From positions 2,232,001 through 2,296,000 of the forward strand of contig CM076001.1 of the NCBI GenBank assembly GCA_038087875.1: DNA of 64,000 nucleotides. Direction: 5' to 3'. The position numbers were made by a program, and so were the translations under genes. Shown piece by piece: positions 63,511-64,000 of the stretch. Under the pieces are notes generated by a model that saw only the letters and a program-made list of their open reading frames with translations, did not search any database and was not told where the DNA came from. The DNA is from Malacoraja senta. Taxonomy: Eukaryota. Within the stretch, counting starts at the first letter, position 1, and every line of letters starts with the position of its first letter.

Positions 63511-64000
63511 CTATTGTCCTCATTGGAAAGTGATGCACGTTGGAGAGACCATTGCTGATAACGTACTATTCCCACTAACGCTCATCTCATGTGATTTGTT
63601 TGTTTAAAATTAAGTATTTGGTTGATTTTGTTAGCGAATAGAGCGTACATTCTAGGAACCGCGTTATGTCCGATACTCAGAGATTGCAAAGATGAAGGGA
63701 GGACTCAAGAGAGAACAGTAAATGGACGGTTGGGTAAAGGGTCGGTCCATGGGCCACGGAATAATGTGGGAAGTGTGTTGTTTTGCAATTGCAAACAAAA
63801 CCTAGCAGGGATTTGATTAAATCGGGGAAGTAATACCCAGAGAGCAATATAGATATTTGCTTTCGAGCAACATTCCGTCTTCTGTGTGAGAAAAACATCT
63901 AGTGAGTCAGCTGGAAGTATTTGAAGTGAACTCTTGTCAGCAGTTCAGAGAAGCCTCCACACACTTTGCTGAGAACTGCTCTTCCTTCTGTGCGTTCTCG

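Overview
Repeat-rich vertebrate DNA, most likely a cartilaginous fish (skate/ray-type: HE1-like tRNA SINEs, CR1, Rex1-type and L1 LINEs). The left ~40 kb is a tandem array of three related units from a T-cell receptor alpha/delta V-gene region. Units 1 and 2 each carry a head-to-head (divergent) pair of V segments with leader exon, V exon and RSS: three are intact and one is a pseudogene. Unit 3 has lost both V genes and gained two young Ty3/Gypsy LTR elements. The right ~15 kb holds an intact two-exon GPR139-like class A GPCR (minus strand) and two heavily decayed paralogs that the ORF track does not show, so the window appears to span the edge between a TCR V array and a GPCR cluster. No D, J or C segments were seen. 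Also present: PIF/Harbinger-type elements with a matching empty site, two non-autonomous LTR derivatives, an interrupted L1 and an inverted CR1 pair. All alignments and identities were made by eye.
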